Positions 37,475 through 47,758 of a stretch of DNA of 64,000 nt are shown piece by piece. Position 1 is the stretch's first letter, and the number at the start of each line of letters is the position of its first letter. A program made the position numbers and the translations under genes. The notes under the pieces were generated by a model. The model ran no database searches and was not told the DNA's origin. It was given only the letters and a program-made list of their open reading frames with translations. The DNA comes from a virus (lineage: Duplodnaviria; Heunggongvirae; Uroviricota; Caudoviricetes; Ackermannviridae): the IMG/VR virus record IMGVR_UViG_2974546594_000001, positions 57,536-121,535 of that record. One strand, 5' to 3'.

Positions 37475-38576
37475 AATAGGCGATTTACATATCGGGAGCC
37501 GTAATGGTTCCCGTTACGTTCGAGAATTCATAAAGAATTATCTCATCAATTATTTTATTCCAGAATTGGTTGACGCCGATATTAAAGAAGTGTGGCAATT
37601 TGGTGATACGTTTGATGTTCGCAAATTCATGTATGGGCGCGATAAAGATTGGTTGAAAGATGAATTAACGCCAGCCCTGAGAAAGGCGGGTATCAAATGG
37701 AATGGCATCGTCGGCAACCATGATATCACGTTAGAAGAGTCTAATCGCATTAACTGGCCTTCTTATCTTAATGAATTGGCACCGGATGTTTATCATTATT
37801 ACAGCGAACCAACTGAAGTAATGATTGAAGGTGTCAAGACCCTCCTACTGCCGTGGATTAACAAAGAGAACTATGATGCGTCCATTAAAGCGATACAAGA
37901 TACAGACGCCAAGTACTGTTTTGCGCATCTGGAGTTGGTAGGGTTCAAAATGTACCAGTCCTCTGTATGTGATAAAGGTCAGATCGACTTGGCGCTCCTT
38001 TCGAAATTCGAGCGCGTGGATACCGGACATTTCCATACCCGTTCGATGGAAGGTAACATTCAGTATATTGGGACTCCTTATCACCTTACCTGGGAAGACC
38101 ACAAAGACGGGACGAACCGAGGATTCTATGTAGACGACATGAATGGCGGGGAATTGTTTATCCCCAACAACGAACAACAAACGTTGTTCCGGTTCGTGGA
38201 ATACGACTACACCCAAATGTCTTCCGACACCGAAGGAAACTGGATTGACCCAGATTGGCTAAACAATGGTTTGGGTATTGAAGGGCAAATCGTTAAGGTG
38301 ATTGTACAGAACCGTGACAATGCCAAGCATTATGAAAAGTTCTGTGACGCATTGAAGCGCTGTAAATGCATCGATTACAACTTCATCGATCGGACGATTA
38401 CTGTTGCTTCCGAGAAGGTAGAAGTCACTGAAGAGATGGTGGCTACTGATGCGGTGGAAGTCTTGAAGAAAGATATCCGCGCCGCCAATAATATCCAGCG
38501 CCCTGAAAATGTTTGCAAATTAGCAGAACAATTCTATAATGCTGCCCAACAACGCCTGAACACATTGGATGCATAA
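37461..38576 (+). CDS. 47: recombination nuclease subunit gp47 (Mre11-like phosphoesterase)
   Basis: GDLHIG, GDTFD, GNHD, HLE, GHFH phosphoesterase motifs. Confidence 0.85.
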   Translation: MAIAKIGDLHIGSRNGSRYVREFIKNYLINYFIPELVDADIKEVWQFGDTFDVRKFMYGRDKDWLKDELTPALRKAGIKWNGIVGNHDITLEESNRINWPSYLNELAPDVYHYYSEPTEVMIEGVKTLLLPWINKENYDASIKAIQDTDAKYCFAHLELVGFKMYQSSVCDKGQIDLALLSKFERVDTGHFHTRSMEGNIQYIGTPYHLTWEDHKDGTNRGFYVDDMNGGELFIPNNEQQTLFRFVEYDYTQMSSDTEGNWIDPDWLNNGLGIEGQIVKVIVQNRDNAKHYEKFCDALKRCKCIDYNFIDRTITVASEKVEVTEEMVATDAVEVLKKDIRAANNIQRPENVCKLAEQFYNAAQQRLNTLDA

Positions 38577-38578
38577 TA

Positions 38579-40912
38579 ATGAGCAACGTAGATCTATTAT
38601 CAAAATTTGGTTCGCTGTTGAAAGAAGCGGACGCTCCTGTTATTGTTGAAGCACCATTTGAAATCCGTGGGGATATTACTCACAAACTGACTTTCCATCG
38701 TGGTCGCGCTAAGAACTTTCGTTCTATCGGTAATGAATTCATGGAAATTGATTACCAACGCAATTCGGCAACCTTGGTTACATCCGATGACAATGGCGCT
38801 GGTAAATCCACCATGCTTGTCTGGCTGCTGTTCTTCGTTCTGTATAATGACACATATAGCAAGAAAGAAAAGAAAGCCGGATTAGTCAATTCCCAAAACA
38901 AAAAGGAATGCGTGGGTGAAGTTGAGTTCTCCACTCGAGGAAGTGAATGGAAAGTCCGTCGTGGTATCAAACCTGATTTCGTAGAAGTCTATCAGATGGT
39001 AGACGGTGAGTGGAAGCAGGTCGTGAATGATGCGGCCAAAGCCGACATGAACAAATATATTGTGAACCTGATTGGCGTAGACCAGAAGATGTTTGAGAAC
39101 TCCCTGGTTCTAGGCAAAGAGAAGTTCATCCCATTCACGGAAATGTACACTGCCGACCGTCGCGCTATGGTAGAGACAATCTGGGATTTGGGGTTCTTCA
39201 GTCTGATGAATGAAGATGTAAAAGCATCTATCAAGACAGTAACAAATGAACTCACGACGGCCACCAATGATTACGCCTTTCATGATGTAAATTTAAAAGG
39301 CCAGCAAGCGCGGTTGGAACAGATCAATAATTCCAATGCGATGATCCAGCAACAATCTGCGGATATCCTTGTCCAAGAGAAGGAACGTCTGAATAGTTTG
39401 AATTCAGATATTGGTGCTTCTCAAGAAGAACTGACGGAATTCCGTGCTCAAGACTCTAAATTGGAATCAGAATTATCAGAAGTCCGTAATCGCCTGAACG
39501 CTGAAATGAAGGTGGATATCGATTCCATCAATGACGAGTATTTTGCCAAAATTCAAGCGGTTCAGGATGAGGCTGATACCAAGGCTGAAGACTATGAACG
39601 TATCGAGGTGTCTGATGGCGAACGTTCATTACAAGAAATTCGGGAGAGAATGGCGGTAATCGCGGAACGTAAAAATGATCTTGTCAGCCAACGGAATGCT
39701 AACCTGGATGAACTGAACAAAGCATTAGCGCGGCGTCAGCAGGGTGAGAACTTCCGTATCAAATTCGTAACAGAAATGGAAGGACATGAATCTGCCATCA
39801 AACGTTTCCACGATATGGGCACTTGCCCTACGTGTACGCAATTAGTGTCGGACGATACCAAATCACGCATTGAAAGTCAATATTATCCACAAATCAGTGA
39901 ACTGACTGACAAGATTCTTCAGGTTGATACAGCCCTAGAAGAAGTGAATTCCCTGATTGAGAATTACAATGTCAGAGATTCAGAATTATCTTCTCAGATT
40001 TCGGTTATTGACAAAGAACTGGATGCTTTGCGCAATGAAATCCGAGAAGCGGAATCAGCGATCGCAGCTTTAAAACGCGACATCCAAGGATTCTATGATG
40101 TCGCTGCTGTTGAGAAAACATCTTTACAGCGGGAACAACAGTCCAAAATTAACGACGTCCTCAAGGCCGTAGACACCCGTTATGAAGATATCACAACTTC
40201 TATTCGCCAAGCCCGTGAGCAGCTCTCTAAGAGTATCAACGACACGGCTGATAAACTCACCAGCCTGAAATCACGCCGTGCCCCTCTGGAGGCATCCATT
40301 GCTGATTTAGAGCGTAAATTGGCGGTTAAGCCGACACCAACTGACGCCCTGGAAGAAGAGATCGCTCGCATCACGGCATTAATGGAAGATCTGAATGCGC
40401 GGCGCGTAGAGTTGGATGAGAAATTGCAAGACCTGAACCATCTTCTGTTCTTCCTAAAAGATGATCAGACCAAGGCTCGAATTATCAGCCTGTATTTGCC
40501 TTTCCTCAATAGTAAAATAAACGAGTATCTTGAAGCACTCAATATGTTCTTGGATATTGCTGTTGATGATACATTTGAAATCACCATGAGCGCTGCAGGT
40601 CGTAAAGGGCAAAGCATCTTCTCGTTATCTACTGGTCAGCGTAGTCGCCTGAACCTGGCTGTGACATTAGCTTTACGAGATGTTGCAAACCTCAAGGCGT
40701 CGGTGCAATGTAACCTGTTTGTGTTAGACGAGATACTCGAGAACATGAGTGAGCGAGGGGTTCAAGAATCCGTCGAGATGTTGAAACATAAATTTGGCGG
40801 GAACAATCTGTTTGTCATCAGTCAGCGTGAGCAGGAATTCCAAGAGTATTTCCAACACAACATCCGTTATGGTCTGCGTAATGGCATGACCGAAGTGATT
40901 AAGAAGGATTAA
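38579..40912 (+). CDS. 46: recombination ATPase gp46 (Rad50/SbcC-like)
   Basis: Walker A NGAGKST, long coiled coil with CPTC zinc hook, signature and D-loop (LDE) at the C-terminus. Confidence 0.85.
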   Translation: MSNVDLLSKFGSLLKEADAPVIVEAPFEIRGDITHKLTFHRGRAKNFRSIGNEFMEIDYQRNSATLVTSDDNGAGKSTMLVWLLFFVLYNDTYSKKEKKAGLVNSQNKKECVGEVEFSTRGSEWKVRRGIKPDFVEVYQMVDGEWKQVVNDAAKADMNKYIVNLIGVDQKMFENSLVLGKEKFIPFTEMYTADRRAMVETIWDLGFFSLMNEDVKASIKTVTNELTTATNDYAFHDVNLKGQQARLEQINNSNAMIQQQSADILVQEKERLNSLNSDIGASQEELTEFRAQDSKLESELSEVRNRLNAEMKVDIDSINDEYFAKIQAVQDEADTKAEDYERIEVSDGERSLQEIRERMAVIAERKNDLVSQRNANLDELNKALARRQQGENFRIKFVTEMEGHESAIKRFHDMGTCPTCTQLVSDDTKSRIESQYYPQISELTDKILQVDTALEEVNSLIENYNVRDSELSSQISVIDKELDALRNEIREAESAIAALKRDIQGFYDVAAVEKTSLQREQQSKINDVLKAVDTRYEDITTSIRQAREQLSKSINDTADKLTSLKSRRAPLEASIADLERKLAVKPTPTDALEEEIARITALMEDLNARRVELDEKLQDLNHLLFFLKDDQTKARIISLYLPFLNSKINEYLEALNMFLDIAVDDTFEITMSAAGRKGQSIFSLSTGQRSRLNLAVTLALRDVANLKASVQCNLFVLDEILENMSERGVQESVEMLKHKFGGNNLFVISQREQEFQEYFQHNIRYGLRNGMTEVIKKD

Positions 40913-40915
40913 CGC

Positions 40916-41224
40916 ATGCATATCATGATCAGGGTATCGAAGAAATCTAAGGGCGCTGAAAAGCGCCTGTACAAAGCTATTCGCCTGATGTTTATTTATG
41001 ATCACAAGGCGGACAACCACGGTTGGACAAAGAAATACAAGGAACGCTATCGCCGCGCTCATTGTAGTATGCAGCAAAAAGCCATCAAATGTATCATCAA
41101 GAATTGGTGTTCTTTCGATTGGTGGAAAATTGAAGCTATCGGAAGTCGAAGATTCGTTGATCTTGAAGCAAACAGAGACCAGGCGTTTCTGGTAAGGATC
41201 TCTGACAATGAAGAACTGGAATGA
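40916..41224 (+). CDS. hypothetical basic protein (102 aa)
   Basis: Tightly coupled after 46. Confidence 0.45.
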   Translation: MHIMIRVSKKSKGAEKRLYKAIRLMFIYDHKADNHGWTKKYKERYRRAHCSMQQKAIKCIIKNWCSFDWWKIEAIGSRRFVDLEANRDQAFLVRISDNEELE

Positions 41225-41550
41225 AAGTCGTCCACTTCAAGAAGGAACCATACGATATCTACATTGGTCGTCCTGGCAAATGGGGGAACCCGTTCGAGGT
41301 TAAAGACCACGGGCGGGGAAACTGTATTGAGTTGTTTGAAGACGACTTGTATGTGCGCCTGATTGAAGGGGATATCACCGAAGATGAACTCCTTGAATTA
41401 GACGGAAAAACCTTGGGATGCTGGTGTAAACCACGCCCCTGCCACGGGGATGTTTACGTCAAAGTGATCGGTCGTATTAAACTATTCCGTAAGTTGGGTA
41501 AATCTTTTACTGAATATTTGAGACAAACATATGTCAGAAGAGAAAGATGA
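41221..41550 (+). CDS. DUF4326-family protein
   Basis: YIGRPGKWGNPF...LGCWCKPRPCHGDV matches the family signature as I remember it. Confidence 0.55.
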   Translation: MKVVHFKKEPYDIYIGRPGKWGNPFEVKDHGRGNCIELFEDDLYVRLIEGDITEDELLELDGKTLGCWCKPRPCHGDVYVKVIGRIKLFRKLGKSFTEYLRQTYVRRER

Positions 41551-41815
41551 AATACAGATTGCTTGTGATATCGCTGTGGAATTATGGAATCAGCGAAATA
41601 AACATCATCAGGTAGCATTGACACCAAAACGTTACCTAGAGCAAGGTGGGTTGATCGTTGTTGACGCCGTCTTGGGTTTCAACAAGTACACAGATATGCA
41701 AATCCTCCAAGGGGATTTCATAGTGGCATCAAAATCAGCATGGGACGATCCTATGGAATTTGTCTACGGTTGGTTGGAATGCATCGAGGAATCATACCAT
41801 CTGATCTACGAATAA
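41531..41815 (+). CDS. hypothetical protein (94 aa)
   Basis: Overlaps the previous gene. No motifs. Confidence 0.45.
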   Translation: MSEEKDEIQIACDIAVELWNQRNKHHQVALTPKRYLEQGGLIVVDAVLGFNKYTDMQILQGDFIVASKSAWDDPMEFVYGWLECIEESYHLIYE

Positions 41816-41820
41816 GGTGA

Positions 41821-41853
41821 AGGGCACTAAATATCAAGTGCCCTTTATCTTTT
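41821..41853 (+). terminator. rho-independent terminator
   Basis: AGGGCACT-AAATATCA-AGTGCCCT + TTATCTTTT. Confidence 0.8.
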
Positions 41854-41911
41854 AACCCTGTCAGGAGGCTCAATCGAGCTGCAAGTCGACAAACACATAA
41901 GGAACGCCATC

Positions 41912-42529
41912 ATGACGATGACAACGTTGAAGGCCATGGCCTTGTCCGTGACCTTTACCATTGCCAGCGGGAGTGTGCACGCTTCCCAAAGTACCACCCA
42001 ATGTGATTACGAATTTTCTGATCAACAACTTTCAACCATGGCCACAGCCTATCACATAGGCAAACAACAAGACCTTGGTTTCACCCTCGCCGCGATATCA
42101 TGGAGGGAAAGCCGCGCCGGAGAAGATGTTGTATCCATGCGGAATAACCTGAAATCGGCTAACATGGGGGCATTTCAAAATCGCGTCCAAACCGTCGGGA
42201 AACGGGAGGGATGCAAAACACAGAAGTGTTACGCCAACGTGGCGATCAAATTACTGGTCAATCAAGAATATGCTGCCAATGCTGCCCTTGATGAAATGAA
42301 TTTCTGGCTAGAATATCATAACCAAAACATCCGCAAATCCCTTTCCTCTTATAATGCTGGGTTCAATCGTAACCAGAAATCCAATTCTTATGCAGCCGAC
42401 GTCGTGAAGAAGGCTAAATATCTTCAACGATGTGTGTCTTTCAAAGGCATGGCAATAAACCCAAAGGTCGACCCAGGAGTGATCGCCATGAATAAGCGCA
42501 CGATTGAGAAACTCAAGAGGACCAGATAA
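41912..42529 (+). CDS. secreted soluble lytic transglycosylase (SLT domain)-like protein
   Basis: Signal peptide ...IASGSVHA-SQ. SLT motifs WRESRAG (catalytic Glu), ANMGAFQ (GLMQ-like), SYNAGF (AYNAG). Confidence 0.5.
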   Translation: MTMTTLKAMALSVTFTIASGSVHASQSTTQCDYEFSDQQLSTMATAYHIGKQQDLGFTLAAISWRESRAGEDVVSMRNNLKSANMGAFQNRVQTVGKREGCKTQKCYANVAIKLLVNQEYAANAALDEMNFWLEYHNQNIRKSLSSYNAGFNRNQKSNSYAADVVKKAKYLQRCVSFKGMAINPKVDPGVIAMNKRTIEKLKRTR

Positions 42530-43167
42530 TGAATATCACTCCATCTCAGACCGGATATGAACACATAATGGTATTTCTGGCCATTCAGGGCGCGAAGGAA
42601 GGGATCATTACTTCAGAATATTCCGGTACAATGCGCCTTGCGGATTATGTCGCGCCGGAAGCATTCATCAAGAAATGCATCGACGCTTGGTGCCTTTATG
42701 CACTCGGCACGTATCCATCCCCTCCTGCTGGTGAGTTATTGTTTACCATACCGACTCTGGCAACTGGTGACACAGACGCGATATTCGCCGATATGCTGGT
42801 AAAGGGTTATCTGACATATGACAGTGCTCACGGCGTGTATGATTTTTCTGCGCTGAATCGTATCTTCGGATTCACCATAACTTCTGAAGCCAATATTCCT
42901 GATTATGGAATACTAGCATGGGGCGTCGACGGTTTGGGGGCAACATATGCATCTTCGGATGTCGGTCCTGTGTTGATAGACCCAGGTGTGACGATGGAGC
43001 AATACATGTCACAATTCCCTCAGCATAATGTTACCGGAAGCGACATCATTATTGTCTATCCTGGTTCTAATGCGTTGTCCCGCCTGGTAGACGGCTGGAA
43101 GCCTCAGCTGAAGGACATTGTCTCTGGAATCAGGTTCCATATTCCCGTTGTCAACCCAACACCTTAA
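42529..43167 (+). CDS. hypothetical protein (212 aa)
   Basis: Coupled start (TAATG). Confidence 0.5.
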   Translation: MNITPSQTGYEHIMVFLAIQGAKEGIITSEYSGTMRLADYVAPEAFIKKCIDAWCLYALGTYPSPPAGELLFTIPTLATGDTDAIFADMLVKGYLTYDSAHGVYDFSALNRIFGFTITSEANIPDYGILAWGVDGLGATYASSDVGPVLIDPGVTMEQYMSQFPQHNVTGSDIIIVYPGSNALSRLVDGWKPQLKDIVSGIRFHIPVVNPTP

Positions 43168-43180
43168 ATTATTCAATAAA

Positions 43181-43223
43181 AGGGGCAAAAGCCCCTTTAC
43201 TTCTTCAATAACCCACGTATAAT
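43181..43223 (+). promoter_or_regulatory. PeSL-like cassette: hairpin AGGGGC-AAAA-GCCCCT, then early promoter -35 CTTTAC (43195), spacer TTCTTCAATAACCCACG, -10 TATAAT (43218)
   Basis: Exact 17-nt spacing. Consensus -10. Confidence 0.65.
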
Positions 43224-43271
43224 TCTAAACATAAGCAGTACGACGCCAACTTGAAAAGCAGGAACTACATT

Positions 43272-43547
43272 ATGAAAATCATCCTCGATGCATATATCCG
43301 TTACGGCAGCAAATGGTTGATGGCCAAAGTTTACGACGGTGAAGAATTAGTCCACGCCCAAACCGCCCCTTCTGAACAATTGCGTGAAATTATGAAACGC
43401 GATTTTCCTACTGCTGAAATGATTGAACCTGCCAACCAAACCGAAGTTGACAAAGAATGGGAACGCGAATGGAGTCCGGCGGCGTTGGCACAATTTGATA
43501 AGAATTACAACAATCGCCAAAACGCGTCTCGCCCGTTCCGTCGTTAA
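43272..43547 (+). CDS. hypothetical protein (91 aa)
   Basis: Conserved initiation region TTGAAAAGCAGGAACTACATTATG. Confidence 0.55.
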   Translation: MKIILDAYIRYGSKWLMAKVYDGEELVHAQTAPSEQLREIMKRDFPTAEMIEPANQTEVDKEWEREWSPAALAQFDKNYNNRQNASRPFRR

Positions 43548-43551
43548 GAAT

Positions 43552-43580
43552 AAAAGGGTGTTAGCACCCCTTTCTTTTCG
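43552..43580 (+). terminator. rho-independent terminator
   Basis: GGGTG-TTAG-CACCC stem plus CTTTCTTTT. Confidence 0.7.
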
Positions 43581-43625
43581 CTAATTAAGGGAAACCGCAC
43601 CGATTTTATAATCAGGAGAATTACA

Positions 43626-46043
43626 ATGGCCATCCCATCTTTCTTAAATTTCCTTGAAGAGTCTAAACAATTAGACGAAGCGTTTAACTCATCCCCATAT
43701 GAATTGACATTCGGCAAGAAGAACGCTGGCGACATTTTCTTCACATTTGTTGATGAAGACGAAAAAGAATTCCGTATTCAATTCTATACCCCACAAGGTC
43801 TAGGCAAGAATGTTCGCCAAGTCTTTATCGGTCAGAAGCGTGGTTCGACCTATCCCGATGCCATCGGTCGTTTCAAGAATCCGATGCGTGTTATCGCATC
43901 CATGATTGAAGCAACAAAGCAATTCATGGCGACGCCTTTGGGGAAAACCATTGACGGCTTTGCAATTAACTTCTCCAAGAAAGCATTGGAACGTGGTGTT
44001 ACCCTCCTGCCGAAGATCATCCGTCAGTCCGGCCTGAAGCAAAAGCTCAATGTCATGGACCTGACGTATACCCCTATCCCTGATCGTGCATTCGTATGGG
44101 TAGTGCGTAAAGGCAAGGATCCTGCTCAGGTATTCGATGGTCCGAAAATGAAAGGTGTCACATGGGATGATCCGGACAAAGTCGGTGACGTTCCGGTTCA
44201 GAACAGCGTTGATGGCGTTGTGGGTGGAACTGGTCAAACCATTGTTGTTGGTGTTGATTTCCGTTCTGAAATGGAAAACTTGAATATTTCAGTTTCTGGA
44301 AATGAAGTATCGGTAATGGATGGGCGTAAATTGGTGGTGTCTTTCACTGATCCGGAGACAGCTAGAATCATTTCTGGGATGAAAACCCCTTCTGCTGCAA
44401 TTACCAATTTCATGCAAAAAACGAATCCAGGAAGATACACTGGAAACATCAAAGTTAACAGCACGAGTACCCGCAGTGGCAAGAAATATGAATTTATTGC
44501 TTCCGACTCATCTGGGAAACAATTGTTCAATCTAAACGTAGAAGATTCTAGAGAAACAAACTTGACACCCGCCGACATGAAAACTCTTCCAAAAACCGGT
44601 TCTATGGATGATCTGCGCAACCAGGGTTATATCGCCCGCATCTTGGGTATCGTTGATACATATGCTCCACAACAGGTCGGTATGTATGCAGGTGAGAAAC
44701 TAACACGAATCGGTGCGGGCAAATATCGTACTTCGGGTGGTCTAGACATTCAGGTTTATTTCTGGGGAATTGTCAACAGTAAACTCTCTGTAGAAGTGGT
44801 TTCTGATTTATCTGGCAATGAACAGCTGATGCTGGAAGGCGACGTGAAAAACGCTGCTTTTGAAATCGTCAGTGCGATATCCCGTGCTGCTGATTCTCAG
44901 TTCAACGGTGAAGTGGAATGTCGTGTTGTTCCGATCAACGGTGCCCCATACCCGATTCAAAAGGTTTCCCGTTCTCAGGGTTATTCTTATGTCGATTGTA
45001 TTTCGTTTACTTTGAAGATCGCCGATGCATTGTTAAATCGATTTACTCTGGGTAAGGCAGTCAAACTCGATCTGATAAAAGAGTTCCCTCGAACGACGTT
45101 TATTGTTCGTTATGACTGGCGCAGCAAAGATACTCTGATGGTCCAGTCTTCTGATGGGAAGACTATCTTCGGCGAAATCAACACAAATTCCAGTGATAAC
45201 GCTGTCATCACTGCAAACATCAAAGTACCAAGCAACGCTAAATTTTTTGGTGAAACCGTTCATGGCTTCTCTGTAGCGTGGGATTTCCAGTTCCCTGCTG
45301 GTAGCAAGTTGCAAGCCGCAAGATTCGTTACCAACGTAACTTACGATTTTGATCGAAACAAAGCCAACATCACCACCATGTTGACTGAAAATGGTCGAAA
45401 TGTAGTAGACAGCAATGGATATGATATTTCGTTGTCTGTCAAATCAGTGCAAGATGCATTGGATGAGATTTCTCGACGCCTGAAAGACGCAGCGTCGCAA
45501 CTGAGCCACCTCAGTTCATCAAACTATAACCCTAACAAGCTATTCCTGAATGACATCACTGTCAGTAAATTTGGCGCAATTATGTTCCAAGACAAAGATT
45601 TGGCACAGTCCAGGAACCGCACGGCAGTCATTGATGCTCTGGCTCGGGCTAAAGATCAGGCTGCTGGAGGTAAGAATGCAGGTGATCTGGCCACCTATGC
45701 CGAATCCATTCGTGACAGCGCTCCTAATGGACGAGATCTGGATTGGCAGGTATACACAGCCAGTAATGGTACAGTTCTGAATGTTGCCTGGGATATCACT
45801 TTCCGTCGCAATACGACCGAAGGAGCATATCGTGAATTCAAGGATCAGATCAACCGTGCCAACCAATACCTGCAAACGGTATACAACGACGCGAAATCTA
45901 AAGGCTATAATCCTACCGAGCCAAATCTCATGACTCTTGAACGCGCTCGCCAATCCGACGAATGGGCTATGAGTAATGGTGATAGTGTATACAGTGAATA
46001 TGAACAATCGCTGGGTGGTAATCTTCAGATTAGTCTGAAATAA
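43626..46043 (+). CDS. large hypothetical protein (805 aa), no recognised domains. Possibly virion-associated
   Basis: SD CAGGAGA. Long uninterrupted ORF with good codon usage. Confidence 0.6.
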   Translation: MAIPSFLNFLEESKQLDEAFNSSPYELTFGKKNAGDIFFTFVDEDEKEFRIQFYTPQGLGKNVRQVFIGQKRGSTYPDAIGRFKNPMRVIASMIEATKQFMATPLGKTIDGFAINFSKKALERGVTLLPKIIRQSGLKQKLNVMDLTYTPIPDRAFVWVVRKGKDPAQVFDGPKMKGVTWDDPDKVGDVPVQNSVDGVVGGTGQTIVVGVDFRSEMENLNISVSGNEVSVMDGRKLVVSFTDPETARIISGMKTPSAAITNFMQKTNPGRYTGNIKVNSTSTRSGKKYEFIASDSSGKQLFNLNVEDSRETNLTPADMKTLPKTGSMDDLRNQGYIARILGIVDTYAPQQVGMYAGEKLTRIGAGKYRTSGGLDIQVYFWGIVNSKLSVEVVSDLSGNEQLMLEGDVKNAAFEIVSAISRAADSQFNGEVECRVVPINGAPYPIQKVSRSQGYSYVDCISFTLKIADALLNRFTLGKAVKLDLIKEFPRTTFIVRYDWRSKDTLMVQSSDGKTIFGEINTNSSDNAVITANIKVPSNAKFFGETVHGFSVAWDFQFPAGSKLQAARFVTNVTYDFDRNKANITTMLTENGRNVVDSNGYDISLSVKSVQDALDEISRRLKDAASQLSHLSSSNYNPNKLFLNDITVSKFGAIMFQDKDLAQSRNRTAVIDALARAKDQAAGGKNAGDLATYAESIRDSAPNGRDLDWQVYTASNGTVLNVAWDITFRRNTTEGAYREFKDQINRANQYLQTVYNDAKSKGYNPTEPNLMTLERARQSDEWAMSNGDSVYSEYEQSLGGNLQISLK

Positions 46044-46094
46044 GTCATAGCCCCTTCGGGGGCTAAATACATCAAAATCCTTAGGAGATCCACG

Positions 46095-46664
46095 ATGAAA
46101 CCGTTTATCGATTATTTTAAAGAACAAGCTCAACAACCGCAAACTCATGGCGGCATACAAGGCAAAAGTGTAACCATCACCAAACAGGCTGACGGAACTC
46201 AATGGTGTACTGGTGCCACCGTGACCCAGATCACTCCAGATAATCAGGCCGACATCTATAATCTGGAATTGACTAACGGCAACACCACCAAAGTAAAACT
46301 CACACCGGACCAGGTTCATGCAGTTTCTGTCGGTAAAGATGTGGTTGCCGTTCATGACGGTTTTGAGTTCTTCTTTGGGAAAGATGCCAGCAAAGGTCAG
46401 GTCACAGAATCCTATGCCCAAGAATTGGCGAACATGGATAAGATGATCGGTAAAGCGCTGGGCGTTGGCAAATCTCGTAAAAGCGGTCGTACAGAGTTTG
46501 AATATTCCGGTATTCCTGGTATTGGAAAACCTGTCGCAATCGACTTCGGCGGCGAAGACGATCCATATGTAATCGTCACAGTCGCTGGTAAACAACATGA
46601 CATCAGTAAGGGAAAAACCCTAGCTGCGGACATTGCCAAATATATCGGTGTGAAACCGATTTAA
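46095..46664 (+). CDS. hypothetical protein (189 aa)
   Basis: SD TAGGAGA. Confidence 0.55.
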   Translation: MKPFIDYFKEQAQQPQTHGGIQGKSVTITKQADGTQWCTGATVTQITPDNQADIYNLELTNGNTTKVKLTPDQVHAVSVGKDVVAVHDGFEFFFGKDASKGQVTESYAQELANMDKMIGKALGVGKSRKSGRTEFEYSGIPGIGKPVAIDFGGEDDPYVIVTVAGKQHDISKGKTLAADIAKYIGVKPI

Positions 46665-46677
46665 ACGTGACGAAAGG

Positions 46678-46709
46678 CAATCCCCCTAAATACAGGGGGA
46701 TTTTCTTTT
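46678..46709 (+). terminator. rho-independent terminator
   Basis: ATCCCCCT-AAATACA-GGGGGAT + TTTCTTTTT. Confidence 0.85.
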
Positions 46710-46723
46710 TAGGGGTAAATATC

Positions 46724-47077
46724 ATGGTCAATGCGAGTATATTCATCAACCGTGGACTGCTTGCTATAGCCCACTCTCATGCCCTCCACTTCGTTACAAC
46801 TTCCTATGCCAAACACAAGGCACTCGGGGAGTTCTACGGGGAACTGGAGGACTTGCTGGACACCTTTACGGAAGCGTATATTGGTGCGGGTGGTATATAC
46901 ATTCCAGGATTCGAGAACATCAAATTGTACAATCCTGAACCGATATCGTATATCAACAGCGTGATCATCGACGTTAATGGGATCTACAATCAGTGTGATA
47001 GCCATTTACAAAACACGCTTGACGAAATCAAAACTTTGTGCTATCAAACGATTTACAAACTGAAGCAATTGTCCTAA
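46724..47077 (+). CDS. hypothetical helical protein (117 aa)
   Basis: SD AGGGG upstream. Confidence 0.45.
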   Translation: MVNASIFINRGLLAIAHSHALHFVTTSYAKHKALGEFYGELEDLLDTFTEAYIGAGGIYIPGFENIKLYNPEPISYINSVIIDVNGIYNQCDSHLQNTLDEIKTLCYQTIYKLKQLS

Positions 47078-47140
47078 CTCAATAGGATCATCATCAGGTT
47101 ATAATTTTGCCCATTCGTCATCAATAGGATACAGATAACA

Positions 47141-47758
47141 ATGGGCAAAATCTTTATACCTTCTCACTCAGAAGGTTGTCAAATCGCTGCAAAATTTCTA
47201 CACAAACAAATGAATTGTGGTGCTGTGTTCGTAGAACCAAATTCATTCGATAATCGTGAATCCCCTGACGCCATCGGGTTCAGACCTGGAGGTTGTTCTA
47301 TATTAATGGAAGTTAAAGTCTCCCGCGCCGACTTCCTGACAGACAAAAAGAAACCTCATCGCATGAATCCTTCCATAGGCATGGGAGCATATCGTTTCTA
47401 TGTTTGCCCAGCAGATGTTATTAAAATTGAAGACCTCCCTCCCAAATGGGGTTTGTTGTACTTCACCCCTAGAAAATCTTTGAAGCCCGTTCACGTTCCA
47501 AATATGCAATATTCCTCTTTGTCTTCACCGGAACATTATGCATCATATTTGTCTAAATCTTTGGACAAAAGAAGACCTACAGATATCCCTCATTATCTAT
47601 TAGGGTACAAACAGATGCTGGAAGAATTCGCCCACTTTGAACGCAATCAGGTTGCGGAACAAAATATTCTGTATGGGGCTTGGCGACAGCTTTGCATAGC
47701 TCAAAGTCGCGGGGTGGATTATAATGTGACAGAAGTGTTCCAGAGGCCAAATATCTAA
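47141..47758 (+). CDS. PD-(D/E)xK nuclease-fold protein (MmcB-like?)
   Basis: PDAIGF...ILMEVKVSRAD gives D-x(n)-E-x-K. Confidence 0.4.
   Translation: MGKIFIPSHSEGCQIAAKFLHKQMNCGAVFVEPNSFDNRESPDAIGFRPGGCSILMEVKVSRADFLTDKKKPHRMNPSIGMGAYRFYVCPADVIKIEDLPPKWGLLYFTPRKSLKPVHVPNMQYSSLSSPEHYASYLSKSLDKRRPTDIPHYLLGYKQMLEEFAHFERNQVAEQNILYGAWRQLCIAQSRGVDYNVTEVFQRPNI

Noticed and set aside
45540-46598. 352-aa reverse-strand ORF spanning two + strand genes
   Set aside because: Crosses a terminator and an intergenic region. Cys/Phe-rich, implausible composition. Both + genes have SDs and terminators.
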